Origin: Deltaproteobacteria bacterium
GTDB taxonomy: Bacteria > Desulfobacterota > Syntrophia > Syntrophales > UBA8958
Assembly (NCBI GenBank): GCA_026388335.1
Contig: JAPLJZ010000268.1
Span: forward strand, 1,872 to 65,871
DNA length: 64,000 nt
Reading direction: 5' to 3'
The position numbers and the translations under genes were made by a program. This document shows positions 52,347-61,590 of this stretch, piece after piece. The notes beneath the pieces are model-generated. The model searched no databases. It saw nothing but the letters and a program-made list of their open reading frames with translations, and was not told the origin of the DNA. Within the stretch, counting starts at the first letter, position 1. Every line of letters begins with the position of its first letter.

Positions 52347-52426
52347 TCAATTTTCTCCTTTATGGTTTTCTCAATAATGTCTGGGCGGCGAGGTGGATAT
52401 TATTCATTATTGTGGCAAAACCCATA

Positions 52427-53260
52427 CTATGTTTTCTTTTTCCTGTAAAGAAAGACCCCGGCGCCGCAGGAGATCATGATGAAGCACAGGATTTGACCCA
52501 TCGTCAGGAGGCCGAAGAAATATCCCAACTGTACATCCGGTTGCCGGTAAAATTCGATGAAAAACCGGACCAGGCCATAGCCGATAAAATAGAGAGCGAG
52601 GAGAAATCCGTCGAAGGGGGTTTTCTTTCTTACGGCCCACAGAACGATAAACAGGACAATCCCTTCAAAGAAGGCCTCATAGAGCTGAGAAGGGTGACGG
52701 AGCAGCTGTTCCGGATCGTGAGGGAATACCATGCCCCAGGGGACGGTGGTTGCTCGTCCGTAGAGTTCTCCGTTGATGAAGTTGCCGATGCGACCGAAGG
52801 TGTAGCCCAGCGGGATGGCCGGGCAGAAGAGATCCGCCATGCGCCAGAAATTTATCTGATGGCCTCTGCAGAACATGGTGGTAGCGGCTATGGCGCCGAT
52901 CGCCCCGCCGTGAAAAGACATACCGCTGATGCCCACAAAACGGATGCCGTCGGAAAAATCGAAAGGCAGCAGGATCTCCCAGGGACGGTGAAAATAGTAA
53001 TCGAAGTTGTAAAACAAGACATAGCCCAGCCTGCCTCCCAGGATCAGTCCGATAATCAGCCAGATAATCAGGTCCTGGATAGTTTCCGACGTATAGTTAT
53101 ACTTTTCATCCCTGATCCGGTACATAACGAGAAAGTAAGTCAGGGCGAAGGCGACCAGGTACATGAGGCTGTAGTAGCGGACCTGGAAGGCGCCAAATTC
53201 GAGCAAATTCGGGTTGATCTGCCCGGGAAGGTATCGCCAGACAGCAATCAGGGCATCCAT
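52427..53260 (-). CDS. lgt: prolipoprotein diacylglyceryl transferase
   Basis: From MDALIAVWRYLPGQINP; includes YYSLMYLVAFALTY, HGGAIG and GRIGNFINGELYGR. The longer ORF upstream overlaps trxB and is Arg-rich nonsense. Confidence 0.9.
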   Translation of the reverse strand: MDALIAVWRYLPGQINPNLLEFGAFQVRYYSLMYLVAFALTYFLVMYRIRDEKYNYTSETIQDLIIWLIIGLILGGRLGYVLFYNFDYYFHRPWEILLPFDFSDGIRFVGISGMSFHGGAIGAIAATTMFCRGHQINFWRMADLFCPAIPLGYTFGRIGNFINGELYGRATTVPWGMVFPHDPEQLLRHPSQLYEAFFEGIVLFIVLWAVRKKTPFDGFLLALYFIGYGLVRFFIEFYRQPDVQLGYFFGLLTMGQILCFIMISCGAGVFLYRKKKT

Positions 53261-53262
53261 AA

Positions 53263-54225
53263 TTAGTATGCCTCTCCCTTGAGGTCCTCGACGTACAACT
53301 GGGCGGTGTAGGCGGCTGTTGCCCCATCGCCGCAGGCCGTAATGACCTGGCGGAGGGATTTGTGGATGCAGTCTCCGCAGGCGAAGATCCCCGGGGTTGA
53401 GGTTTTCATGTCCCGATCGACGATGATGGCACCGTCCTTCTCGAGGGCAACCAGGTCTTTGACAAGGGTTGTCTGGGGAATCAGACCCACGAAGATGAAG
53501 ACGCCGGCGGCGGGAATCTTCCGGGTTGCGCCGGTGACTACATCCTTTATTCTTATCCACTCTACTCCGCCCCCGCCGCCGATTTCTTCCGCCACGGCAT
53601 TCCAGGCCATCTCGATTTTAGGATTGGCAAAGGCCCGTTCCTGGAGGATACCTGTGGCCCGCAAGCGGTTGCGCCGGTGGACAATGGTTACCTTGGTCGC
53701 AAAATGGGTCAGAAAAATGGCTTCCTGTACCGCCGTATTGCCGCCGCCTACGACCGCCACTTCCCGTTTCCGGTAAAAGGGGCCGTCACAGGTAGCGCAA
53801 TAAGAGACGCCCCGTCCGGCAAATGCCTCCTCTCCGGGAATGCCAAGCTGACGCCAGTAGGCGCCGGTGGCCATGACCAGAGAAAGGGTTTCGCATGTCC
53901 GGCTGTCCGTCAGGACTCTCCAGGCCTTCTTTTCTCCATGATTAATAGTCTCCAGGGTCTGGACGTCGGCGGTGATGCATTCCAGGCCAAAGGCGACTGC
54001 CTGTTTCCGGAAGCTTTCCACAAGCTCAAAACCGTTGATACCCGCAGGGATGCCGGGATAATTTTCGATGAGATCGGTAACGGTGATTTGACTAACCGTC
54101 GAGGCCCCGGAGATGAGCAAGGCCTTCAGGCCGGCGCGGGCGGCATAAAGGCCGGCGGTATAGCCCGCCGGTCCTCCCCCGATGATCACGATATCATAAA
54201 GGGCTGATTCCGTTGATGGATTCAT
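53263..54225 (-). CDS. trxB: thioredoxin-disulfide reductase
   Basis: Contains IIGGGPAGYTAGLYAAR, the redox-active CATCDG, and GGGNTAVQEA. Confidence 0.93.
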   Translation of the reverse strand: MNPSTESALYDIVIIGGGPAGYTAGLYAARAGLKALLISGASTVSQITVTDLIENYPGIPAGINGFELVESFRKQAVAFGLECITADVQTLETINHGEKKAWRVLTDSRTCETLSLVMATGAYWRQLGIPGEEAFAGRGVSYCATCDGPFYRKREVAVVGGGNTAVQEAIFLTHFATKVTIVHRRNRLRATGILQERAFANPKIEMAWNAVAEEIGGGGGVEWIRIKDVVTGATRKIPAAGVFIFVGLIPQTTLVKDLVALEKDGAIIVDRDMKTSTPGIFACGDCIHKSLRQVITACGDGATAAYTAQLYVEDLKGEAY

Positions 54226-54251
54226 GAGCTCAGGAATTCCTCCTTAGTGTA

Positions 54252-54280
54252 TTGGGGACAGATTTGAAATCTGTCCCCAA
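54252..54280. repeat. perfect 14-1-14 palindrome upstream of trxB
   Basis: TTGGGGACAGATTT-G-AAATCTGTCCCCAA, 27-55 nt upstream of the trxB start. CCTTAG occurs on both sides of it. Confidence 0.6.
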
Positions 54281-54555
54281 CCTTAGAATTCAATTATATC
54301 AATATTTCATAGAATAAATCGGGAAGCGTGTCAAAAGAATATAATAAAATCCACGCCGGGACCAGGTCCCAATGGAATATGTCTCATCTCCTTTCCCTTC
54401 GCGATAACAGGAGGAGGAATATTTATGAACGAAAAAAAGAATGAAATTCAAGTGAATTAAACTTGAAAAGATGAAGTATTTCATTTATAAGCAAAAGCCA
54501 TGATGACTGGTTTGGGTATTGCCAGGAATAAAAAAATGACAGGAGGAAGACAGGC

Positions 54556-54918
54556 ATGGCAAAGGCAAAAAAGGGTGATCCGTTAAGCTGTGAATTATGT
54601 GGTCTGGTTGTGGTTGTCGATGATGTGGGGATAGGGATGGCAGAATTGATTTGCTGTAAGAAACCTATGGCAAGAGGCAAGGGCGCTGCTGAAAAGGCAA
54701 AAAAGAAAGCTGCCCTCAAAGCCCCCAAGGCGGAAGCGATCAAAAAAGACGTGAAGACGGCGGTCAAGGCCGTGCCGGTGAAAGCCAAGGCCATAGCAAA
54801 AAAAGTGGTGAAACCGGTGATTGCCAAAGCACCCGCCAAGAAGGCCGCCGCGCCGGCCAAGGCTGCGGTAAAGAAGCCGGCGGCGCCGAAGAAGAAGGAA
54901 ACGAAAACCAAAAAATAA
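54556..54918 (+). CDS. desulforedoxin-type Cys4 domain fused to a Lys/Ala/Pro-rich histone-H1-like tail
   Basis: RBS is AGGAGGAAG. The N-terminus GDPLSCELCGLVVVVDDVGIGMAELICCKKPM shows the C-x2-C...CC pattern of desulforedoxin. It is followed by about 80 aa of AKKAAAPAKAAVKKPAAPKKK-type repeats. Confidence 0.7.
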   Translation: MAKAKKGDPLSCELCGLVVVVDDVGIGMAELICCKKPMARGKGAAEKAKKKAALKAPKAEAIKKDVKTAVKAVPVKAKAIAKKVVKPVIAKAPAKKAAAPAKAAVKKPAAPKKKETKTKK

Positions 54919-54942
54919 TCTGGGGAAAATTTTCCTATCTCG

Positions 54943-54984
54943 GACACGGGCCGACACCGGTAAGGTACCGACCCGTGTCTTTAA
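54943..54984 (+). terminator. putative rho-independent terminator
   Basis: GACACGGG...CCCGTGTC stem followed by TTTAAT. It lies between convergent genes. Confidence 0.4.
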
Positions 54985-55000
54985 TCAGAAGTCGACTATC

Positions 55001-56692
55001 CTATTTTACCGTCAGACCCGCGATTCGATAATTGAACTCGTAACTGAGGGCGCCGCTCCAGTCACTATCAAAGACGCCCTTGTAGCGTGTTCCATACACC
55101 GGACCGACCGGTTTCCCATAGGTGTAAAACCAGTTGACGATGGGACTGCCCGTAAAGCCCAGGGCGATCCAGTAAGACCCGGGCATGAGGTCGAGCTTTT
55201 CTTTGGCAAAGTCGAAATCTACCCAGCGGTACCCCGGCTTCATGGAGATTTGATCGACGCCGATCATCCCGCTGGTGGCCATGATGGCCCCCGGCTTTCC
55301 CTTGTCGTCCTTGAAGATTTCGACCCAGAGCATGCCATCGCCGCCGAAATTGTGCAGTGCGAGGCCGACCTTGGCGAGCTTCACCGGTTTTTTCAGGACA
55401 AAGACCTGGGCGTACTGGGTTCGCTGGGTGGTTACATACTCCGCCGTTTCCACCAGAAAGTTGTTCTGCATCTCAAACTGACCGGCGCCTTCGGATTTCA
55501 CCGATCTCGGGAAAGCGAAATCGACATCCTCGGGATAGTCGAGATTTCCGTAGAGGAAGGGGACCTTATACCTCAGCTTGCCAGGATCTTTGGGCGGAGG
55601 CGGAGGTGGGGGCGGGGGTATGATGGCGATCTGCTGGAACTGGGCCTTGACCTGCGGGGTCAGTAGCAGGTTTTTCGGTCCGTAGGATTCCCGATCCCCT
55701 TTGATCTTGACCTGATCGGCGGCAAAGCTGGCGTTGATGACTTCCTGAAGGGCGGGTTTTCTGGCTTCCTGAAGCTGCGACCAGCGCATCAACCCGTCGT
55801 TTTTTGTTTCGTTGTTGTCTGCGCCCACTTCGAGGCGAATGAAGCGATTGGAAACGAACAGCACGGAGTTCTGGGGATCGAAGGGGACCCAGCCAAGATC
55901 GGGAAACCAGACCTCGATCCAGGAGTGGCGCCCCTGGCCCATCTTGAACGTCAGGACCCCTTTCTGCCAGGCGATATTATAGGGCTCGTTCAGGGTCACC
56001 CCGACAACAATACGGGCCGGAATTCCCACGGAGCGCAGGAGGGCGGCACTAAGATGGGAGTAATTCTGGCAGTTGCCTTTCCCCGATTCCAGTGAATAAA
56101 AGGCGTCGTAACGGACCGGGGGGGTTACGTAGCGGACGTTGTCCACCACCCAGGATACAATCCGCTGTACCGCATCGTATTCTGTCTTCACCCCGCTGGT
56201 CAGTTCGGCGGCAAGCTTTCTGATCCTGGGCTCGTTTGCCTGGACCTGTTCGGTGCTCTCCAGATAATCTGCAAATTCCGCGCCGGGGTCCTTCACCGGG
56301 AAGGGAGCGCCGGTTGAAAGGGTCGTGAGATGGGTCCTGCTCTTGGCCTGGCATGAGAGGCTAACATCCACGGTGTTCGGAACCCTTGTCCAACTCGCCG
56401 TGATCACCATATTGCCGTGTTTGTCCTTCTTCTCTTCACGGTCCTGGGGTTCGGGATTGAATGCTACTTTAAAATCCTTAATATCCTGGCTGTAAGTCGG
56501 GGATGTGAAGCTCTGGGGAACGACAAAGCTAAGGACGATTTTTTTGACCCCCGGATTAGCCGTGACCTGTTCCCGGAGTTCGTAGCGGATTGCCGAGTCC
56601 ATGTCTCCTTTCAAGGTATAATTTTCCCCGGAAAGGGGACAGGTCCACAGGAGGATCAGAACCATGATTGCGGGAGCGATACATTTTCTCAT
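55001..56692 (-). CDS. exported transglutaminase-like domain protein
   Basis: Has a signal peptide and a transglutaminase core (GKGNCQNYSHLSAALLRSVGIPARIV, HSWIEVWFPDLGWVPFDPQ). A run of 10 Pro is encoded around 55590-55620. Confidence 0.85.
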   Translation of the reverse strand: MRKCIAPAIMVLILLWTCPLSGENYTLKGDMDSAIRYELREQVTANPGVKKIVLSFVVPQSFTSPTYSQDIKDFKVAFNPEPQDREEKKDKHGNMVITASWTRVPNTVDVSLSCQAKSRTHLTTLSTGAPFPVKDPGAEFADYLESTEQVQANEPRIRKLAAELTSGVKTEYDAVQRIVSWVVDNVRYVTPPVRYDAFYSLESGKGNCQNYSHLSAALLRSVGIPARIVVGVTLNEPYNIAWQKGVLTFKMGQGRHSWIEVWFPDLGWVPFDPQNSVLFVSNRFIRLEVGADNNETKNDGLMRWSQLQEARKPALQEVINASFAADQVKIKGDRESYGPKNLLLTPQVKAQFQQIAIIPPPPPPPPPKDPGKLRYKVPFLYGNLDYPEDVDFAFPRSVKSEGAGQFEMQNNFLVETAEYVTTQRTQYAQVFVLKKPVKLAKVGLALHNFGGDGMLWVEIFKDDKGKPGAIMATSGMIGVDQISMKPGYRWVDFDFAKEKLDLMPGSYWIALGFTGSPIVNWFYTYGKPVGPVYGTRYKGVFDSDWSGALSYEFNYRIAGLTVK

Positions 56693-56784
56693 CGTGCTTC
56701 TCCTTGCTGGGGGTTATTCTCTTGACGGGGACATTGTAACAAAATATAGGGGAAAGAAAAAGATTTTTTCGTGAGGGGGAAACG

Positions 56785-58353
56785 ATGAAAATCAGCCGTG
56801 TTGAGGAAATGCGCTGGATGGATCGCCATGCCACGGAATCCTTACGAATACCCGCCGGGATTCTTATGGAGAATGCCGGTCAGGGGGCCGCTGCCGTGCT
56901 CTCCGGGGAGCGGGGACTGAACGGGAAGAGGTATGTCATTTTGTGCGGTATCGGAAACAACGGGGGCGACGGATTCGTTGTGGCCAGGAAAATTCTTTCC
57001 AACGGGGGAACCCCGAGGATTTATATCCTGGGTGATCCCGGCCGCTTCCAGGGGGCGGCCAAGACCAATCTTGATATGTTGTCCGTTCTGCCGTTGGAGG
57101 TCAATCATCTGGAAGCGGTCACCGACCTGGGGCGGGTTATTCGGCATGCCGACGGGGTGGTGGACGCCGTCTTTGGAACGGGACTCGACCGGGAGGTCCA
57201 GGGACTGCACCGGGAAGTGATCGAACTGGTCAATCAGGGACGCAAATGGGTCCTCAGTCTCGATATCCCCTCCGGGGTCAACGGCGATACGGGAGAAATT
57301 ATGGGCGCCGCCATCCAGGCAGACTGTACAGTGACCTTCGGCCTTCCCAAGATAGGGAATATCCTTTATCCCGGTCATGAAAAATGCGGCAAACTCTATG
57401 TGACCCACATCTCTTTCCCCCCGGTTATGTACAATCATGAACGCCTGAAAATCCAGACCAACGATTATCTGTCCCTTCCCGTCCGGGGTCGGGACGTTCA
57501 TAAGGGGAGCATGGGGGATGTCCTGTTTGTGGCCGGCGCGGCGACTTATCCGGGGGCCCCCTATTTTTCCGCCATGTCCTTCCTGAAAGCCGGAGGGGGA
57601 TACGCCCGGCTCGCTGCCCCCGGCTCAGTGGTCCCAATCATCGCCCGAAAGGGAAGCGAGATCGTGTTTGTCCCGCTCCGGGAAACGAAGGCCGGGGCGA
57701 TGTCGGCGGACAATTTTAACGCCCTCGTGGAACTGTCGGCAAAGGTTGATATGGTGGTCATCGGACCTGGCCTGTCATTGGACCCCCAGGCGCAGGAGCT
57801 CGTCCGGAAGCTGGTCCCCGTGATCAGAAAGCCGGTTTTGATTGACGGCGACGGGATCACGGCGGTGGCCGGGGACCCCGCGCTCATTAAGGGACGCTCA
57901 TTCCCAACCGTACTGACGCCCCATGCCGGAGAAATGGCAAGAATCACCGGTCAACCGGCGGCGGAGATCCAGTGTCGCCGGATTGACATTTTGCAGGCTG
58001 CCTGTGCCTCCTGGGGGGCTTTTATAGTTCTCAAAGGCGCCCATTCTCTGATTGGCTGTCCCGACGGACAGGTTTTTATTAATATGACCGGTAACCCCGG
58101 GATGGCGACTGCCGGTTCCGGGGATGTCCTTACCGGCGCCATCGCGGCGATGGCCGGTATGGGCATGCCCTGGACGGAAGCAATCAGAAAAGGTGTCTAT
58201 CTACATGGACGGGCCGGCGATCTGGCCGCCCGCCAGCAGGGTGAAGACGGAATTACGGCCCAGGATATTCTTGACTATCTGCCCCTGGCCCTCAAAGAGG
58301 ACCGTCTTTCCGGAGGGAGGGGCCTAAAAGATAAAATTGAAATTTGTCCTTGA
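56785..58353 (+). CDS. nnr: bifunctional NAD(P)H-hydrate epimerase / ADP-dependent dehydratase
   Basis: YjeF N-domain (ILCGIGNNGGDGFVVAR) plus the C-terminal carbohydrate-kinase-like domain (GNPGMATAGSGDVLTG). Confidence 0.9.
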   Translation: MKISRVEEMRWMDRHATESLRIPAGILMENAGQGAAAVLSGERGLNGKRYVILCGIGNNGGDGFVVARKILSNGGTPRIYILGDPGRFQGAAKTNLDMLSVLPLEVNHLEAVTDLGRVIRHADGVVDAVFGTGLDREVQGLHREVIELVNQGRKWVLSLDIPSGVNGDTGEIMGAAIQADCTVTFGLPKIGNILYPGHEKCGKLYVTHISFPPVMYNHERLKIQTNDYLSLPVRGRDVHKGSMGDVLFVAGAATYPGAPYFSAMSFLKAGGGYARLAAPGSVVPIIARKGSEIVFVPLRETKAGAMSADNFNALVELSAKVDMVVIGPGLSLDPQAQELVRKLVPVIRKPVLIDGDGITAVAGDPALIKGRSFPTVLTPHAGEMARITGQPAAEIQCRRIDILQAACASWGAFIVLKGAHSLIGCPDGQVFINMTGNPGMATAGSGDVLTGAIAAMAGMGMPWTEAIRKGVYLHGRAGDLAARQQGEDGITAQDILDYLPLALKEDRLSGGRGLKDKIEICP

Positions 58354-58454
58354 AGGTTCGCAAGGATTTTGTTAGACCCCCCATACCAAATTGGAAACGA
58401 TTGTAAAAAAAAGAGCAAAGGTTTTTGGTCATATGATCAACCACAGTAATTAGC

Positions 58455-59849
58455 ATGGATATTAAAAGGACCTGTCCTTCTTTTGTTCTTATACTTCTTT
58501 GCATCGGCATCGCCTTTTCCTTTTTTCCGTTGCGGCCGGCGCTGGCGGCCTCTGTCCCCGAAGCGCTTTTGAGGCTGTCGTCGGGATATGCCGTTTTCAT
58601 CGATAAGCACCTGCAGCGGGTTTATGTACTTCAGAACAGGGGAGGCAACGTCGTCATGGTCTTCGATGCCCCCTGTTCCACGGGGAAGGCTCCCGGCGAG
58701 AAAATGGAACAGAAAGACGCCAAGACTCCCCGGGGGATCTTTTTTGCCACCAAATTCGAACAGATGCGTAAGCCGCACCCGGCTTATGGAACCATGGTCT
58801 TTCACCTGGATTATCCCAATCTGCTGGACAAACGGATGGGGAAAAACGGCAGCAATATCTGGATTCATGGAACAAATAAATCCCTCCAGCCCTTTCAATC
58901 CAATGGCTGTGTGGTTATGAAGAACAAAGACATAGAAGCCCTGTCGCGATACATCTATTTGGGGAAGACCCCCGTGATTATCGAAGAATCGATCAAGTGG
59001 ATTCCCATAGAACGACCTTCAAAGGACAGGGAAGAGCTGGAGCGTGTCATGATGTGGTGGTCCAAGGCCATTCTGGATGGGGATCAGAATATCCTGAACC
59101 GCCTGTACTATCCCGAATCGCCCTCGGCGAGTTCACCGCGGAAGGTCATTGTTCAAAAAACAAGAAATCTCAAGGACGCGAGCGGTCATTTTGATTTCAG
59201 ACCGCAGGATATCACCATCTGCCGCCTCGATGATAAAGCAGTCATGCTTTTCGACCAGGTTCTCTCCGTTCAGAACGCCGATTCCTTTCAGGGCAGTTAT
59301 GTGCGGCTCTTTTTGGAAAAAATCGATAATCGCTGGCTGATTGTGGACAATGGCGCCCCCCAGAGGCGATCCCGGGAGGAGTCGGTTGCGGCAGCGACGC
59401 CTGCGGGTAAGAAACAGGCCCCGGCGACCGGTCCCCGGGAGGCGTCAACGGCTGCTGCCCCAAAGGAAACCGCCAAAACCGCTCCCTCGAAAGCTAAGCC
59501 TGCTGAGGTAGTGAAGGATCAGGATATCCGGCTGTTGGTCGAAAACTGGGCAAAGAGCTGGACATCTGGAAATATGGAAGCTTACCGGGCTTGCTACGCC
59601 CCCTCTTTCCGAAACCGGGGCATGGACCTGTCGCGCTGGGTTACTTATAAGAAAGATCTCCGCAAAACGAGCAAGAACATCAGCGTCAAGATAGATAATC
59701 TCAAAACGTCCTCGGAAGGTCAGAAGGCCACCGCCACCTTCACCCAGAAATACAGCGCCTCCAACATTAAATCCAGCCGTGCGAAGCGGCTGGAATTGGT
59801 CAAAATCGATGGGGAATGGAAGATTATCCGTGAGAGTATGGCCCACTAA
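58455..59849 (+). CDS. L,D-transpeptidase (YkuD) family protein with NTF2-like C-terminal domain
   Basis: Has a signal peptide. The YkuD catalytic region is IWIHGTNKSLQPFQSNGCVVMKN. The C-terminal segment ENWAKSWTSGNMEAYRACYAPSF is SnoaL/NTF2-like. Confidence 0.8.
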   Translation: MDIKRTCPSFVLILLCIGIAFSFFPLRPALAASVPEALLRLSSGYAVFIDKHLQRVYVLQNRGGNVVMVFDAPCSTGKAPGEKMEQKDAKTPRGIFFATKFEQMRKPHPAYGTMVFHLDYPNLLDKRMGKNGSNIWIHGTNKSLQPFQSNGCVVMKNKDIEALSRYIYLGKTPVIIEESIKWIPIERPSKDREELERVMMWWSKAILDGDQNILNRLYYPESPSASSPRKVIVQKTRNLKDASGHFDFRPQDITICRLDDKAVMLFDQVLSVQNADSFQGSYVRLFLEKIDNRWLIVDNGAPQRRSREESVAAATPAGKKQAPATGPREASTAAAPKETAKTAPSKAKPAEVVKDQDIRLLVENWAKSWTSGNMEAYRACYAPSFRNRGMDLSRWVTYKKDLRKTSKNISVKIDNLKTSSEGQKATATFTQKYSASNIKSSRAKRLELVKIDGEWKIIRESMAH

Positions 59850-61581
59850 AACCCCCTGTTGCCTTTCCCTTGCTTTTCTCTTGCTGTTTATTTTTCCCCC
59901 TGCCTCATGGGGCAAGAGTTCGGTGGAGAGACATTTTGCCGGAACCGATCATGAATTGACCGTGTACCGGGTTCAGGGGAAGGCCCCTGGGAAAACCATC
60001 CTGATCATCGGCGGCATTCAGGGGGATGAGCCGGGGGGGTTCCTGTCCGCCGATCTGTATGCCGACATGAGTCTGAAGCAGGGTAATCTCATCGTCGTTC
60101 CCCGGGCGAACTGGTACTCCATTATCCTGAACCGGCGGGAGGTAAACGGAGACATGAACCGGAAGTTTGCCGATTCAAAAAGTACGAGTTACGAAGATCA
60201 GATCGTCGGTATTCTGAAAAAGCTCATCGCCCAGAGCGACTGCCTCCTCAACCTCCATGACGGATCCGGTTTCTATTCGGAAAAATGGCGGAGTTTCATG
60301 CGGAACCCCGGGCGGTTCGGGCAGTCGATCATTGCCGATACGGATCAGTACCGGCAAGTCAAGACCGGGGATGTGGTCAGTCTGGAGGGCATGGCGAAAC
60401 GGGCCATCCGGGAGATAAACACCCATGTAGCGAACCCGGAGCATCATTTCCACTTCAACAATCACCGCACCGCTTCCCAGGCAACCCGCCATCCTGAACA
60501 GCGGCGATCGGCTACCTACTATGCCCTTTTTACCTGCGGCATCCCCGCCTTTGGGATTGAAACGAGCAAATCCCTGCCCCTGGAAACAAGGATTTACCAT
60601 CACAATCTCGGGGTGAATGCCTTTATGAATATTTTTGATATCAAGCCTGAAGTCCCGGGCCTTAATCTGCCCATGCCCGCCATGAAATATCTCGTGGTCA
60701 AGGTCAACGATCAGCTTCCCGTGGTCCTGTCCAACCAGGACCAGCTAACCGTCCGTTCCGGGGACGTCATCAAGATAGACCACATCGAGGCGAATTATCA
60801 ACGCGGTCTGAGCGCCGATATCGAGGGTTATGGAAAGATCAACGATCTTCATAACCCGGTGGTGATTGGACGGGCGACCCAGATAACGGTCCGGAAGGAC
60901 AATTATGTCTGCGGGCGAGTGCCGATCCGTATTGCAGCAACTGATTCGCCGGGCAGACAAGCCGCGGCAGACAAGCCCCAGATTACCTTTTTCCGTCTCA
61001 AGGTCAACGGTGAGGAGAAATTTCTTCCCAATGGCGCCCATCTTGACATCATCCGGGGGGATACCATCGAATTGATCGATGTAGGGGCCACTACCGGAGC
61101 GAGCACCGATATTGCGATGAATTTCAAAGGGTTTATCGGTAACGTGAAGAATAATAAGGGCGAGGACCGAGGATACATTATCCGGACTGATCGGGACCTG
61201 ATCAAGCGATTTTCCATTGCCGCCAACGGGCAGCGTTACCAGATTGTGGCCGAAAGAAAGGACCAGATCCTTGGTCAGATGTTTGTGGATCTTCGCGACC
61301 CGGTCCTGGAATATGTCGTCCTGCAGATCGGTGACGGGGAGAAGAGGTGTCTCTATCCAGGTGAGAAGATCACCTACCGGCCCGGTCAGGCGCTGAAACT
61401 TATCGATATCAAAACGAATGTTTCCAAAAACAATAATGTCACCGCTATCCTCAAGGGACAGGGGACCAACTCCGCAGTCGCCCGGGCAGGGGTTATGTCA
61501 TTAAAAAAACAGGGGGTTTATAAGGTAACCTTTTGGAGAAATCAGACGCCTTTAGGCGATGTCAGTATCCAGGGTCTTTAA
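59809..61581 (+). CDS. M14/succinylglutamate-desuccinylase-like metallopeptidase family protein (exported)
   Basis: ILIIGGIQGDEPGGFLSADLY...NLIVVPRANW...NGDMNRKF is typical of the family. The start is uncertain (ATG 59779, ATG 59809 or GTG 59830). A signal-like segment CCLSLAFLLLFIFPPASWG is present. Confidence 0.7.
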   Translation: MGNGRLSVRVWPTKTPCCLSLAFLLLFIFPPASWGKSSVERHFAGTDHELTVYRVQGKAPGKTILIIGGIQGDEPGGFLSADLYADMSLKQGNLIVVPRANWYSIILNRREVNGDMNRKFADSKSTSYEDQIVGILKKLIAQSDCLLNLHDGSGFYSEKWRSFMRNPGRFGQSIIADTDQYRQVKTGDVVSLEGMAKRAIREINTHVANPEHHFHFNNHRTASQATRHPEQRRSATYYALFTCGIPAFGIETSKSLPLETRIYHHNLGVNAFMNIFDIKPEVPGLNLPMPAMKYLVVKVNDQLPVVLSNQDQLTVRSGDVIKIDHIEANYQRGLSADIEGYGKINDLHNPVVIGRATQITVRKDNYVCGRVPIRIAATDSPGRQAAADKPQITFFRLKVNGEEKFLPNGAHLDIIRGDTIELIDVGATTGASTDIAMNFKGFIGNVKNNKGEDRGYIIRTDRDLIKRFSIAANGQRYQIVAERKDQILGQMFVDLRDPVLEYVVLQIGDGEKRCLYPGEKITYRPGQALKLIDIKTNVSKNNNVTAILKGQGTNSAVARAGVMSLKKQGVYKVTFWRNQTPLGDVSIQGL

Positions 61582-61590
61582 AGGATCAGT

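Noticed and set aside
52347-52426. yybP-ykoY (Mn2+) riboswitch, which often precedes terC-family genes
   Set aside because: The spacer is only about 80 nt and shows none of the conserved riboswitch blocks or paired helices that I could recognise.
51441-52448. 335-aa + strand ORF rich in Asp/Glu/Gly/His
   Set aside because: It is entirely antisense to the TerC-family gene, which has clear TM segments and family motifs. Its composition is low-complexity with no RBS or motif, so it is a shadow ORF.
54423-54947. 174-aa - strand ORF (Ala/Phe/Gly-rich, apparently multi-TM) opposite the desulforedoxin-H1 fusion
   Set aside because: It is the complement of AAG/GCC-rich Lys/Ala codons, which automatically gives Phe/Leu/Ala/Gly strings. 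It has no RBS. The + strand ORF has AGGAGG and a specific Cys4 motif.
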